Origin: a virus | Lineage: Duplodnaviria; Caudoviricetes | Direction: 5' to 3' (one strand) | DNA length: 64,000 nucleotides | IMG/VR virus record: IMGVR_UViG_3300025902_000014 | Coordinates: 32,314-96,313 of that record | Part shown: piece after piece, positions 1 to 8,739 of the stretch | Layout of the letters: the number at the start of each line of letters is the position of its first letter | Numbering within the stretch: position 1 is the first letter of the stretch | Notes under the pieces: generated by a model | Databases searched by the model: none | What the model was told of the DNA's origin: nothing | Seen by the model: only the letters and a program-made list of their open reading frames with translations | Position numbers and translations under genes: made by a program

Positions 1-23
1 ACCTGAAGAGCCAGATCGTTCAG

Positions 24-329
24 GTGGTCACCGAGGCGCTCAACCTTCAGATCGGCGAGCCGATCGACGACCAGACCTTGGACGTCATCGTGGACACCGT
101 CTTCGATGGGGTGGGCGAGATCTATGCCGAGGACTTCCTCGTGGAATGCTCGACCCGTAACAACCCCCCGGACCTCGTGGACCGGAACGGCCTCGCTGTC
201 CGGCTCATCTTCTTCGGGGAGGCCCACCCGAAGCCCGATGACCTGTATGGGAAGGTGGACATCCTGTTCGACCCCACGAATGGGAATCAGACCCCCAAGG
301 CCGAATGGCTGTCGGAGACCAGACGGTGA
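24..329 (+). CDS. hypothetical protein (may start before the window)
   Basis: Open frame from the window edge; stop overlaps the next GTG. Confidence 0.6.
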   Translation: MVTEALNLQIGEPIDDQTLDVIVDTVFDGVGEIYAEDFLVECSTRNNPPDLVDRNGLAVRLIFFGEAHPKPDDLYGKVDILFDPTNGNQTPKAEWLSETRR

Positions 330-748
330 AGCTCGACGCTGTCCTCTTCATCTGCGACAAGCCGAATAAGAATGGGCGGATCTACTCCCGGGAGCTGGCG
401 AACAGGATCGTCGAGCGGTTTCACGACATGCCCGATCTGTGCGGGCAGGTGGGGATGCCCGAGGACGGGAAGCTCCTCCTGAACAACATCAGCCACGTGG
501 TCCGGGAGCTGAAGGTGACGGAAGTCGGGGAGGACTGGGGGCTCGTGGCGACCATCGAGACCCTTCCATTGGCAGAGAAGGGGCTGACCCTCGCGAAGCT
601 CTTGGAGGACGATGACACCCGCAAGCTCTACACCTTCCGGACTGCCGGAACCGGCACCCTGACCGAGATGCCGGACGGGACCGTCCGCATCAACAACGAC
701 TACGTGTTGGAGTCCGTGAACCTCGTCCCGGCCAAGGACGCCGCGTGA
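326..748 (+). CDS. prohead protease (T4 gp21-like) paralogue, catalytic residues apparently lost
   Basis: CDKPNKNGRIYS and NNDYVLESVNLVP match the protease at 18977; ELDHP appears replaced by QVGMP and SSRG by RTAG. Confidence 0.6.
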   Translation: MKLDAVLFICDKPNKNGRIYSRELANRIVERFHDMPDLCGQVGMPEDGKLLLNNISHVVRELKVTEVGEDWGLVATIETLPLAEKGLTLAKLLEDDDTRKLYTFRTAGTGTLTEMPDGTVRINNDYVLESVNLVPAKDAA

Positions 749-1068
749 GCTTCCCCGGGCTGGAGCCCCCCTTCCTCGGGCTGCCGATCACGAACCTCCT
801 CAACGAGGAGGACGCACTCACGGCCATCCGGGCCGGGTTTGTTTACGTCCCGGACGTCCCATTTTTCGTGAACAAGCACCTGCCCTTCGAGTTCGTTCTC
901 AAGCCCCACCTCGGTCCCCCTCTGCGGCTTCTGGCTCCGTCGTACGTGGACGGGCTGGAGATCGTGGCCCCGGAGCCGATCGTGGTCTTCAAGCCCGGGG
1001 TGTACGCCCGGAACTGGACCACCATCAAGATCCTGATCGAAAAACTGAATAGGAGAAACGGTCATTGA
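745..1068 (+). CDS. hypothetical protein
   Basis: ORF coupled by 4-nt overlaps at both ends. Confidence 0.6.
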   Translation: MSFPGLEPPFLGLPITNLLNEEDALTAIRAGFVYVPDVPFFVNKHLPFEFVLKPHLGPPLRLLAPSYVDGLEIVAPEPIVVFKPGVYARNWTTIKILIEKLNRRNGH

Positions 1069-1424
1069 GCGGAACTGTGATCGAGTTTGGGAAGGGGCAG
1101 GTCGTCACGACCATCATGTCCCGGGGGATCGGCGGGCCGCTTCAGGGGCTCCTGCTCTCGTCCATCGAGGGGCGGCTCGAAGTGGGGGGCGTGCTCTCTC
1201 ATCTCGAAGCGGACAAGGCGGTGCCCCTGACCCTTCTCTGGTTCAACGACCCGAAGTCCATCGACGTCCTGATCCACCAGCTCTCCAAGCTCCGGCTCTA
1301 CTACGGGCGGCCCACGAAGGACACCGCCTGCCACGGCCGGGAAGTGGACGCTTTCCCCGTCCCGGACGACCTCTGCCTCGCGATCCCCGACGACAACCTC
1401 CCCCTCTTCAAGGCCGGGCTGTGA
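1065..1424 (+). CDS. hypothetical protein
   Basis: SD AGGAG upstream; coupled ORF. Confidence 0.65.
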   Translation: MSGTVIEFGKGQVVTTIMSRGIGGPLQGLLLSSIEGRLEVGGVLSHLEADKAVPLTLLWFNDPKSIDVLIHQLSKLRLYYGRPTKDTACHGREVDAFPVPDDLCLAIPDDNLPLFKAGL

Positions 1425-1705
1425 AGAACCTGACCGTCGAAGAACTCAAGCCCTTTCAGGATCGGCTGGTTCCCTGCATCTGTGGGGGGCACCCGTCCCT
1501 CGCTATGTCGATCTGCGCCAAGCCCCAGACCTACTCCGTCCACTGCATGGGGGACGCCGGGCCGAACTGCTGGAAGTCCCCTCAGACCCAGTCCCCCGAG
1601 GAGATGGTCCAGCTCTGGAACGGGGTAATGGAGGCCGCTCGGGCGGCTGGGCTGGCCTTCACCCATCCGCCCCGGGAGAAGTTCTCGGGCAACACCCTTT
1701 ACTGA
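1421..1705 (+). CDS. small Zn-ribbon protein, Lar (restriction alleviation)-like
   Basis: PCICGG...YSVHC...NC...WN pattern. Confidence 0.45.
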   Translation: MKNLTVEELKPFQDRLVPCICGGHPSLAMSICAKPQTYSVHCMGDAGPNCWKSPQTQSPEEMVQLWNGVMEAARAAGLAFTHPPREKFSGNTLY

Positions 1706-1734
1706 TTGACACTTCAAGCTCGCACTGATAGGCT
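1706..1734 (+). promoter_or_regulatory. sigma70-type promoter, leaderless
   Basis: TTGACA-17-TAGGCT, then 6 nt to GTG at 1741. Confidence 0.7.
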
Positions 1735-1740
1735 TCCTAC

Positions 1741-1836
1741 GTGAGCACAGAGACCATACTCATCAACCTCGGCTCGGCAGTCCTCGCCTTTTTCTGGGTC
1801 AGGGCTTTTTCTCGTTGGATGGAGAAGCACGGGTGA
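1741..1836 (+). CDS. 31-aa membrane peptide (not in the ORF track)
   Basis: MSTETILINLGSAVLAFFWVRAFSRWMEKHG; starts at the predicted +1; stop overlaps the next GTG. Confidence 0.55.
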   Translation: MSTETILINLGSAVLAFFWVRAFSRWMEKHG

Positions 1837-2165
1837 CGAATCCCGACATCCCCCTGACCATCCTTCACTGCGAGATCTGTGGGCACCCCCGGGCCATCTA
1901 CGGGGCCAAGGAGACGGGCGGGTACTGCGAACGGTGCGCCCACACTGTGTCCACCCACGTTCTGCTCGTGGAGATCCGCACCGAGACGGCGGACAGGCAC
2001 GTGCCCTACCGGACGGGCCGGATCTTCGCGGTGAAGCGCGAGAAGTACGAGGAGAAGTTCCCGGATCGCAAGGGCACCCAGTGGTATCAGGTGACCGAGG
2101 ACGACCTGAAAGCCCTCATCCCCGAGGACGTCCTGAACGCTCCGGCCCCGGTGGAGATGACATGA
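1833..2165 (+). CDS. hypothetical Zn-finger protein
   Basis: CEIC...CERC; coupled ORF. Confidence 0.6.
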   Translation: MTNPDIPLTILHCEICGHPRAIYGAKETGGYCERCAHTVSTHVLLVEIRTETADRHVPYRTGRIFAVKREKYEEKFPDRKGTQWYQVTEDDLKALIPEDVLNAPAPVEMT

Positions 2166-2524
2166 CCTTCGACGCAGAGAACGACCCGAAGCTCATCCCG
2201 GTCCTCGACGTCGAGCTGACCTCGAAGCCGGTGACCGCTCATCCGGGGAGGGAACTCGCGGCCGGGTGGAAGGTGGAAAAGGCCAAGCCGCTACAGGCGT
2301 TCTACTCCCCCGATGTCATGGACCAGATGTGGATGCAGATGCGGGTGGGCAACCGGGTGTGGCACCGCATCGCCGAGGGGGTGCCCCCGATCGAGGTGGT
2401 CATCCAGCGGATCTCCAACGGGCCGATCCCGAAACACTACTGCGAAGCCGTGGAAACGGGCTACCACTTCAAGCTCCGGCGGGACCAGCTCTGGTGGTCG
2501 GAGGCGTGTGGAGCCAAGGAGTAA
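2162..2524 (+). CDS. hypothetical protein
   Basis: ATGA coupling with GGAG SD. Confidence 0.55.
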   Translation: MTFDAENDPKLIPVLDVELTSKPVTAHPGRELAAGWKVEKAKPLQAFYSPDVMDQMWMQMRVGNRVWHRIAEGVPPIEVVIQRISNGPIPKHYCEAVETGYHFKLRRDQLWWSEACGAKE

Positions 2525-2528
2525 AGAC

Positions 2529-2768
2529 GTGAAGACAGCGAAGATCAAAATCCTCGTGGCCGTGGGTAGCAACGGTGACTGGGCGGCGAGTGGCTGGGGT
2601 CTGAAAGGCAAGGCTCCCGACAAGCGCAGCATCGAGTCCATGAAGGACACGGTCACCGACATGGTCGAGGCTGAGGACTACCAGTACGTCTGGGTCGAGG
2701 CGGAAGTCCCGGTTCCCGAGATCGGAACCGTCTTCGGCAGCGTCATCAATACCGAGCCGTCTCGGTGA
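2529..2768 (+). CDS. hypothetical protein
   Basis: AAGGAG SD before GTG. Confidence 0.6.
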   Translation: MKTAKIKILVAVGSNGDWAASGWGLKGKAPDKRSIESMKDTVTDMVEAEDYQYVWVEAEVPVPEIGTVFGSVINTEPSR

Positions 2769-2772
2769 TCCC

Positions 2773-3138
2773 ATGACGGGGTTCAGGATGTTCCTGCGTC
2801 TCTCGGGGCCGCCGGGAAGCCCGGACTTCGAGCAGCCAGTCGCGGCCATGGATGTGGACTACATCCATCAGCTTCTGCACCTGAAATTCAGGGTCGAATT
2901 TCCTCTCATCAAAGACCTCGAAACGTGGTGGACACACTCGCATCGCACGCTCCCGTTTCTCCATCTCGTCTGGGTGGACCCGGAAGGGGACGAGCAGAAC
3001 AGCGTGTCCTTCGAGCAGTGCCACACCGCCCAGATCGCTACGACCACGGAATACTCCAGCCCGCAAGCAGTGACCGTGGCTCTTGACCTCGTGTTCAGCA
3101 AGCCCAGCCGGAGCTTTCCGGGGTCCAGCGGATGGTGA
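2773..3138 (+). CDS. hypothetical protein
   Basis: ORF fills the gap in the operon. Confidence 0.5.
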   Translation: MTGFRMFLRLSGPPGSPDFEQPVAAMDVDYIHQLLHLKFRVEFPLIKDLETWWTHSHRTLPFLHLVWVDPEGDEQNSVSFEQCHTAQIATTTEYSSPQAVTVALDLVFSKPSRSFPGSSGW

Positions 3139-3740
3139 AGCTCTTCTTCTCCGAGGCTGGCCCCCGGGCGGCGGGGTACGCCCGGACCATCCGTACCCTT
3201 CGGGCCTACCGGCGCATGGGGCAGAAAGAGCTGGCCGAGAAGTCGGGGTACTCCATTGCTTCCGTCATTCTGTGGGAGGCGGGGAAGGTGGAGCCTGCCG
3301 AGGCGGCCCGGATCGACCTCGCGCAGTCCTTCAAGGTTCCGCTTCGGGTCTTCGATTGGCTGGCGGCTACCTCCGACCCCCTGAGCGTGGACTTCCTCGT
3401 GCCCGAGGAGCAGGAAGACCCGGGGAAGCTGTACTTCCGGGCGGAGGAGGTCTGCGCCGAAGCCGGGGTCTGCATGAACACCTTCTACAAGATCCGGAAG
3501 GTCATGAAGGTCAAGGCCAAACGCATGGCCGGGCAGCTCTGGTACACTCGGGACGACATCGAGGCCATCCGGTGGGAAAGCCATCGGCGGGCGCGGATGA
3601 AAAGTGAGAAACTCGCCGAGTCGGCGCTGGCCCGGCACGAGTACAGGAGGCAGCATGGCGAATTCCGATCCGTGGGTTCACAGGTCCGAAGGGATGACGT
3701 GCAAGACGTGCATGTGGTACGCCCCGAAGAAGTCGGCTGA
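3132..3740 (+). CDS. XRE-family HTH regulator with a second HTH domain
   Basis: LRAYRRMGQKELAEKSGYSIASVILWEAGKVEP, followed by AEEVCAEAGVCMNTFYK. Confidence 0.75.
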   Translation: MVKLFFSEAGPRAAGYARTIRTLRAYRRMGQKELAEKSGYSIASVILWEAGKVEPAEAARIDLAQSFKVPLRVFDWLAATSDPLSVDFLVPEEQEDPGKLYFRAEEVCAEAGVCMNTFYKIRKVMKVKAKRMAGQLWYTRDDIEAIRWESHRRARMKSEKLAESALARHEYRRQHGEFRSVGSQVRRDDVQDVHVVRPEEVG

Positions 3741-3912
3741 TGACAACGTCTACCTCGGGCGATGCCGGAAGAACGCTCCCGAGATCAGCGGCTACCCGGC
3801 GGTCTTCCCCGGGGACTGGTGCGGGCAGCACAAGCTCGACGAGAACAGCCTGATTCCGCAGGTGATCCTGACCAGCACGGCTGAGGTCACGACGGGCAAG
3901 AAGGGGAAGTAG
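3655..3912 (+). CDS. small Cys-rich protein
   Basis: GGAGG SD; CKTC...GRCRKNAP...DWCGQH. Confidence 0.65.
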   Translation: MANSDPWVHRSEGMTCKTCMWYAPKKSADDNVYLGRCRKNAPEISGYPAVFPGDWCGQHKLDENSLIPQVILTSTAEVTTGKKGK

Positions 3913-3913
3913 G

Positions 3914-4102
3914 GTGTTCGGCTTCACCCCCGAGCAGGTCATCGAGAACCTGAAGCTCCAACTGGCCACGGCGTGGTGGGTCATGCGGTGGCCGATGTTC
4001 GTGGTCTGCTTGGGGGTGGGGCTCTTCTGGCTCTGGGACGTCTGGCAGGAGCACCTCGCACACGAGAAGGAACTGAAGGGTAACTACAAGTTCCGCGAGT
4101 AG
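3914..4102 (+). CDS. small membrane protein
   Basis: Hydrophobic stretch. Confidence 0.5.
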   Translation: MFGFTPEQVIENLKLQLATAWWVMRWPMFVVCLGVGLFWLWDVWQEHLAHEKELKGNYKFRE

Positions 4103-4106
4103 GAGC

Positions 4107-4136
4107 TTGACTCTCTAACCTTGGTTGTGCTAGATT
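4107..4136 (+). promoter_or_regulatory. sigma70-type promoter, leaderless
   Basis: TTGACT-18-TAGATT, then 6 nt to ATG at 4143. Confidence 0.65.
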
Positions 4137-4142
4137 ATCGCC

Positions 4143-4328
4143 ATGATGAACTGCATCGCTTCCCTTCCTCTGGCGGAGACGGGGTTCGAGCAGCAGGGGC
4201 TTCTCTCCTGCCTTCAGACCTTCGCTCTCCCCACCCTCGCGGGGGTCTTCCTCGGCTACCTCCTGCACCTCTTTCAGGAACTCTGCGGTCGCCTCTGGGA
4301 AAAGTGGACCGAGAGGAGCGGGAAGTGA
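4143..4328 (+). CDS. small membrane protein
   Basis: Starts at the predicted +1; one TM segment. Confidence 0.55.
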   Translation: MMNCIASLPLAETGFEQQGLLSCLQTFALPTLAGVFLGYLLHLFQELCGRLWEKWTERSGK

Positions 4329-4960
4329 GCTTCGAGACGTTCTTCCCCACCGACCTCACGTCCGTCATCCCGGCTCAGAAGCTGGGAGTGGCTGAGATCC
4401 AGCACTTCGAGGTCTCCGAGCAGGCAGCCAAGCTGGGGAACCTGCGGGCGGCCATGCACGGCTCCTACGAAGACATGGTCCAGCCCGGGAAGTACACCCG
4501 GCTCCTCGTCGGCGGGCGGCTCATGATGACCGACACCCCGATGGAGAAGAGGACGAACCTCGGGTTCATGTCCAAGGCCAAGGGGCGCGTCCTCGTCGCC
4601 GGTCTCGGGATCGGGATGATCCTCCACAAGCTCCTCGAAAAGCCCGAGGTCACCGAGGTCGTGGTCGTCGAGAAGTACCCCGATGTCATCAAGCTCGTGG
4701 CCGAGTCGCTCCCCGAAGTCCCGGGCAAGGAACTTATCCACGTATGCGCGGACATCTTCGACTGGAAGCCTGTGAAGGGTGAGAAGTTCTCAACAATCTA
4801 CTTCGACATCTGGCCGGACATCTGCACGGACAACCTCAAGGACATCACGAAGCTCAAGCGCAGGTTCCGCAGTTCCCTCGCCCCGGGTGGCTGGATGGGC
4901 GCGTGGGTCGAGGACCGGCTCCGGGTGCAGGCCCGGAGGGAGAAAAGGAGAGGCTGGTAA
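4325..4960 (+). CDS. class I SAM-dependent methyltransferase (spermidine-synthase-like fold)
   Basis: VLVAGLGIG motif I, VVVEKYPDVI, ADIFDW, IYFDIW. Confidence 0.8.
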   Translation: MSFETFFPTDLTSVIPAQKLGVAEIQHFEVSEQAAKLGNLRAAMHGSYEDMVQPGKYTRLLVGGRLMMTDTPMEKRTNLGFMSKAKGRVLVAGLGIGMILHKLLEKPEVTEVVVVEKYPDVIKLVAESLPEVPGKELIHVCADIFDWKPVKGEKFSTIYFDIWPDICTDNLKDITKLKRRFRSSLAPGGWMGAWVEDRLRVQARREKRRGW

Positions 4961-5047
4961 CACGAGGCCCTAGCCCGAGGCGAAGGGGACAAGTTCTCCC
5001 ACCCCCGGGTATCTATCTATCCTCGTATTTTTTCGGAGGTAACGACG

Positions 5048-5272
5048 TTGCGTGTCATCACCCGGGGCGTTCAGCCCGGCGACTACATTTACACGGCCAC
5101 CTGCGAGAACTGCCAGACGACGGTGGAGTTTGCCCGGCGCGAGGCACAGGAGTGTCCCGACTTCCGGGGGCCGCTGATGCTGAAGGTGAACTGCCCGGTT
5201 TGCGCGTGCTCCGTCTACGTGGAAACTGACACGGGGCGGAAACCCACCATCGTCCCGGAGCCTTCCCGATGA
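5048..5272 (+). CDS. Zn-ribbon protein
   Basis: CENC...CPVC; GGAGGT SD. Confidence 0.65.
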   Translation: MRVITRGVQPGDYIYTATCENCQTTVEFARREAQECPDFRGPLMLKVNCPVCACSVYVETDTGRKPTIVPEPSR

Positions 5273-5769
5273 TCCCCCTCACGAAAGAAGAAGTGCGCTC
5301 CCTGATCGGGGAAGGCTTCCACTCGATGCTTCGCAAGGGGATCGACGGACACGGAAGCGCGGAGCTGTGGAAGTACATCAACGACATGCCCGAGGGGGAG
5401 TGGCGCGGGATGCTGGACCACTGGATCGTGACCCCCCTCATGCGGGAGATCCAGCGCACGGGTCGGGCGATCCGGCTCCGCTTCCCGGCTCCGGAGCCCC
5501 GGCTCAGGATGATCGTCCTGCGGTACATCAAGGTCCGGCACTTCGAGGTGCTCTGGACGGCCGAGGTCAACCGACTGGACCACGAGTGGAGGCGGCACAC
5601 TCCCCGGGAGCGGGAAGACCCCTTGCTCCAGCACATCGTGCATCCCATCCTGATGGCCTGTCGGCACGCAGCCCGGAAGATGCGGCAGGCCCGGCGGCTG
5701 GAGAAGGAACTGCTGACCGCCGTGACCGTCGCCTCGGGGGAGGCCCCCCTTGACCGCTATCGAGTCTGA
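5269..5769 (+). CDS. hypothetical protein
   Basis: Coupled ORF. Confidence 0.55.
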   Translation: MIPLTKEEVRSLIGEGFHSMLRKGIDGHGSAELWKYINDMPEGEWRGMLDHWIVTPLMREIQRTGRAIRLRFPAPEPRLRMIVLRYIKVRHFEVLWTAEVNRLDHEWRRHTPREREDPLLQHIVHPILMACRHAARKMRQARRLEKELLTAVTVASGEAPLDRYRV

Positions 5770-7150
5770 AGCCCATGAGCTGGACTTCCTGCACTGGATG
5801 GTCTTCGGCACCCGGGCCGGGGTGGTGGGGGGTACCCCCATCACCTTCCCGTACCTCGAAAGCCGGATTCCCCATGCCTTCGATGATGCCGAGGTGGTCT
5901 CCCGGCTGGTCCTGAAGGCTGTCCGGATGGCCGGGCGGCTGACCCCGTGGGCGGCCCGGGGGCTGGTCTGGCTCTGCCGGAACCGTTCCCGGGACTTCCC
6001 GGCGGTCTTCCACTCCACGGTCAACTCGGCCGAGGAGCTGCTGGTCTTCGCCTCGACGTACTCCCGGTCCCACGCGCACTGGGGGAAGATGGCCAAGGAG
6101 CACATCGCCCAGTGGCTGGAGCTGAGGCTGGACGAGGTGGAGGTGGCGGCCCACCGGAAGTACCACCGTCGGCACCGGCACTCCCTCGCCGACCTCGTCC
6201 GGCTGGCCCACCCGACCTTCGGCGGCCGGAAGTCCTCGTCCGTGGACTGGCTCCTCGGCCGGTACACCCCGGGCCAGAACAGCTTCCTCGACCGGATGAG
6301 GTGGCTCTCGGACCCGGCCCTGCCCCGGGAACTCCGGCTGGAAGTCCTCGGGGAGACCCGTGTGCCCTCCCCGTTGGCCGAGATGGCTGCTGGATCGGAC
6401 CTCGACCTCTGGCACGCAGCGATTCCGAGCCTGTCGGTGGAGGCCCTCCTCGCGGGCTTTCCCCGGCGAGCCGGGCGGGAAGTGACTCAGCGGGCCGTGT
6501 TGGCCCGGCTGAGGGAGCTGGTCCCGCTCAACGTCCCCCGGCTCCTGCGGGCGGCGTGGAAGGTTCCCCGGGTGCCTGAGACCCTCCCCTTCCGGGAAGC
6601 CCTCGGGCAGCTCCTCTGGGAGGCCGCCAAGGCCATCCCGAGGCCCCCCGGGCGGACCCTCGTCCTCATCGACCGGTCTGCTTCCTGCCCCCCAGCGTTC
6701 TTCCGTGAGGCCCTCGCGGCGGCGGCCTTCGGCCCGTCCCGGCTCTATCTGGTAGACGATGTGGTCGAAGAAGCGTCCGGGCGGCCCATGGACCTGCTCC
6801 AGAATCTGGGGGCTTTCGCCCCCCGGGGCGGGTCCGGGCTCCACAAGCCCCTCCAGCTCACCCTCGCGTCCCGGGACTTCTACGACCGGATCGTGGTCTT
6901 CGCGAAGGGCTACCCCTTCCTGCTCCCCGAAGTTGGCCCGACCCTCGCGGCTCTGCTGGAACGATACCGGGAGAGCGTCAACCCTCACTGCCTCTGGACG
7001 TCGGTCGTCCCCGGCCCCCTCGATCGCATTCCCGGACTTCCCACCCACCGGGACCGTCTGGTCTTCGGGGCGGAGTGGGTTCAGCCCGTCCTGCCTTGGC
7101 TCCGGTCGGCGGAAGCCATCCTCTCGGAAAAGGAGAACGTGTCAAAATGA
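5750..7150 (+). CDS. TROVE/Ro60-like protein with vWA-like C-terminus (divergent)
   Basis: WGKMAKEHIAQWL, KYHRRHRHSLADLVRLAHP (Ro60-like motif), TLVLIDRSAS (vWA DxSxS), YDRIVVF. Confidence 0.65.
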   Translation: MTAIESEAHELDFLHWMVFGTRAGVVGGTPITFPYLESRIPHAFDDAEVVSRLVLKAVRMAGRLTPWAARGLVWLCRNRSRDFPAVFHSTVNSAEELLVFASTYSRSHAHWGKMAKEHIAQWLELRLDEVEVAAHRKYHRRHRHSLADLVRLAHPTFGGRKSSSVDWLLGRYTPGQNSFLDRMRWLSDPALPRELRLEVLGETRVPSPLAEMAAGSDLDLWHAAIPSLSVEALLAGFPRRAGREVTQRAVLARLRELVPLNVPRLLRAAWKVPRVPETLPFREALGQLLWEAAKAIPRPPGRTLVLIDRSASCPPAFFREALAAAAFGPSRLYLVDDVVEEASGRPMDLLQNLGAFAPRGGSGLHKPLQLTLASRDFYDRIVVFAKGYPFLLPEVGPTLAALLERYRESVNPHCLWTSVVPGPLDRIPGLPTHRDRLVFGAEWVQPVLPWLRSAEAILSEKENVSK

Positions 7151-7329
7151 CGTACTTTTTCGTGTTCCTCGCGATCGGCCTCATGGCCTCGGCCTACTCC
7201 ATCGGCTGGGTCATGGGGTTCAAGAAGGGGGCTACTCTCATGGAGGTCTCCGTGCTGTCCAAGCTGAAGAAGAATTACGGCGCGAACTTCGAGAACTCCG
7301 ATGGTCCCGGGAGCATCGAGTCCCCGTGA
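7147..7329 (+). CDS. small membrane protein
   Basis: AAGGAG SD; N-terminal TM segment. Confidence 0.6.
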   Translation: MTYFFVFLAIGLMASAYSIGWVMGFKKGATLMEVSVLSKLKKNYGANFENSDGPGSIESP

Positions 7330-7338
7330 CTATCGAGC

Positions 7339-7433
7339 GGAGGGTGTCTTCCTACCCTTGCCGCCGTGCCTCCCGGGGGGACAGGGACCGGTCCTCCTCC
7401 CGGTCCTGCGGGCAGGGAGACAGCCTCCTCTTT
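7339..7433 (+). ncRNA. candidate small structured RNA (Y-RNA-like architecture)
   Basis: 7339-7357 pairs with 7410-7428 at 17 of 19 positions; inner hairpin; ACTATC box just upstream; short T-rich tail. Confidence 0.45.
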
Positions 7434-7448
7434 CGCACCTGTTTGAGC

Positions 7449-7477
7449 TTGACAGTTTGAGCTTGAAGACATACACT
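7449..7477 (+). promoter_or_regulatory. sigma70-type promoter, leaderless
   Basis: TTGACA-17-TACACT, then 6 nt to ATG at 7484. Confidence 0.75.
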
Positions 7478-7483
7478 ACAGGC

Positions 7484-7801
7484 ATGAGAAAGCCCGACCT
7501 CTCCAAGGCCCCCCGGTCCTGCAAGCAGGTCACGAAGGCCCTGAACGTCCCGGGAGTGGACTTCTGGTACAACCCCCAGTACGGGTACTTCTACCTGAGC
7601 GGCGGGAAGGCCGGACAGCTCTTCTCCTCGACGGTCTTCGAGGGCGGGTTCACCCGTCTCGCGGACTACACCCTCGGGGAGTGGGTCGCCGAGTGCCAGC
7701 GGATGCTGGCGGAGGTTCCGGAGCCCGTGGAGTCCGGCGACGGAGCCATCAAGGTCTATCTAGCGGAGAAGACGTTCTTCACGGTCGAGGTGAAATCGTG
7801 A
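7484..7801 (+). CDS. hypothetical protein
   Basis: Starts at the predicted +1. Confidence 0.65.
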   Translation: MRKPDLSKAPRSCKQVTKALNVPGVDFWYNPQYGYFYLSGGKAGQLFSSTVFEGGFTRLADYTLGEWVAECQRMLAEVPEPVESGDGAIKVYLAEKTFFTVEVKS

Positions 7802-8094
7802 ACCGGTCCCGGACTCTCGGAACTGATAGCCCGGGGGGAGGGAAGGGGCAACCCTTGCAGGGGTCGGGCACGTTCTCGGGCCGCCGGAACTTTTTCCTCA
7901 CGATACGAGACATGGCTCTCGGCTACATGCTCGGGAAGCCGAACGTGGCGGCGGCCTACAGCTCCTCGAAGTGCGTCTGCGGGAGAAACTCCTTCAGACC
8001 GTTCGAGTTCGGCACCCAGAAGATCCTCGTCTGCACGAGGTGTGGACTCATGTTCATGGACAAGTTCAAGAACAGCGACCCCGTGCCGGGGTAA
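7798..8094 (+). CDS. hypothetical Zn-ribbon protein
   Basis: CVCG...CTRC; coupled ORF. Confidence 0.5.
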   Translation: MNRSRTLGTDSPGGGKGQPLQGSGTFSGRRNFFLTIRDMALGYMLGKPNVAAAYSSSKCVCGRNSFRPFEFGTQKILVCTRCGLMFMDKFKNSDPVPG

Positions 8095-8107
8095 GAAAGG
8101 ATGCGTC

Positions 8108-8395
8108 GTGGAAAAGAAGGAAGCTCTCCGTCGGCACTCGAAGAAGAGGATGCGCGAGCGGTTCGGAATCGCGGGGAACCACCGTGACTATGCTCGGATC
8201 GTCGAGGCCATCAGAACCCAGACAGCGAAGTTTATCGGCCGGGCGTCTCACCGGGTGTCAGTCTTCATGGTGGATTCCCAGACCGGGCCGATGAAGGTGC
8301 TGTACGACGGACGCCGGGGTGAGGTCATCACGGTGCTGACTCCGGACATGCACGTCACCGTCCGTCCAACCCGGAACGCGGAGGTGTCGGAATGA
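8108..8395 (+). CDS. small basic protein, possibly RelE/DUF4258-like fold
   Basis: HSKKRMRERFGI...EVITVL pattern. Confidence 0.5.
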   Translation: MEKKEALRRHSKKRMRERFGIAGNHRDYARIVEAIRTQTAKFIGRASHRVSVFMVDSQTGPMKVLYDGRRGEVITVLTPDMHVTVRPTRNAEVSE

Positions 8396-8739
8396 CCATC
8401 GTCGAGAAGTTCTCTCCCACGGTCGTGGAGGTGCTCGGGGTTCGGGCGGCCCGTTTCCTCGGATTCCTGAAGCCGTGTCTCCCGGTGCGCTCGATGTCGG
8501 AGCTGTCGTCCCTCGGGTACGACGAGGCGGCACAGCTCGCGAATTCCTTCTCGGTCCACCTCATGGACGCGGCGGTCTGCATCGAGGACCACGTCTTCAG
8601 CTCGACTAGGAATTCCACCTGCCCGAGGTGCGGGACGGCAGTCTGGTCCCACCTGACGGATCTGAAGGTCTACCCGGTCAACCCGTCCGAGCTGTGGGAC
8701 GAGGAGAAGAGGCTCCGTCGTGATTCTGCTTCCTCCTGA
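8392..8739 (+). CDS. hypothetical protein
   Basis: GGAGGT SD; coupled ORF. Confidence 0.6.
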   Translation: MTIVEKFSPTVVEVLGVRAARFLGFLKPCLPVRSMSELSSLGYDEAAQLANSFSVHLMDAAVCIEDHVFSSTRNSTCPRCGTAVWSHLTDLKVYPVNPSELWDEEKRLRRDSASS

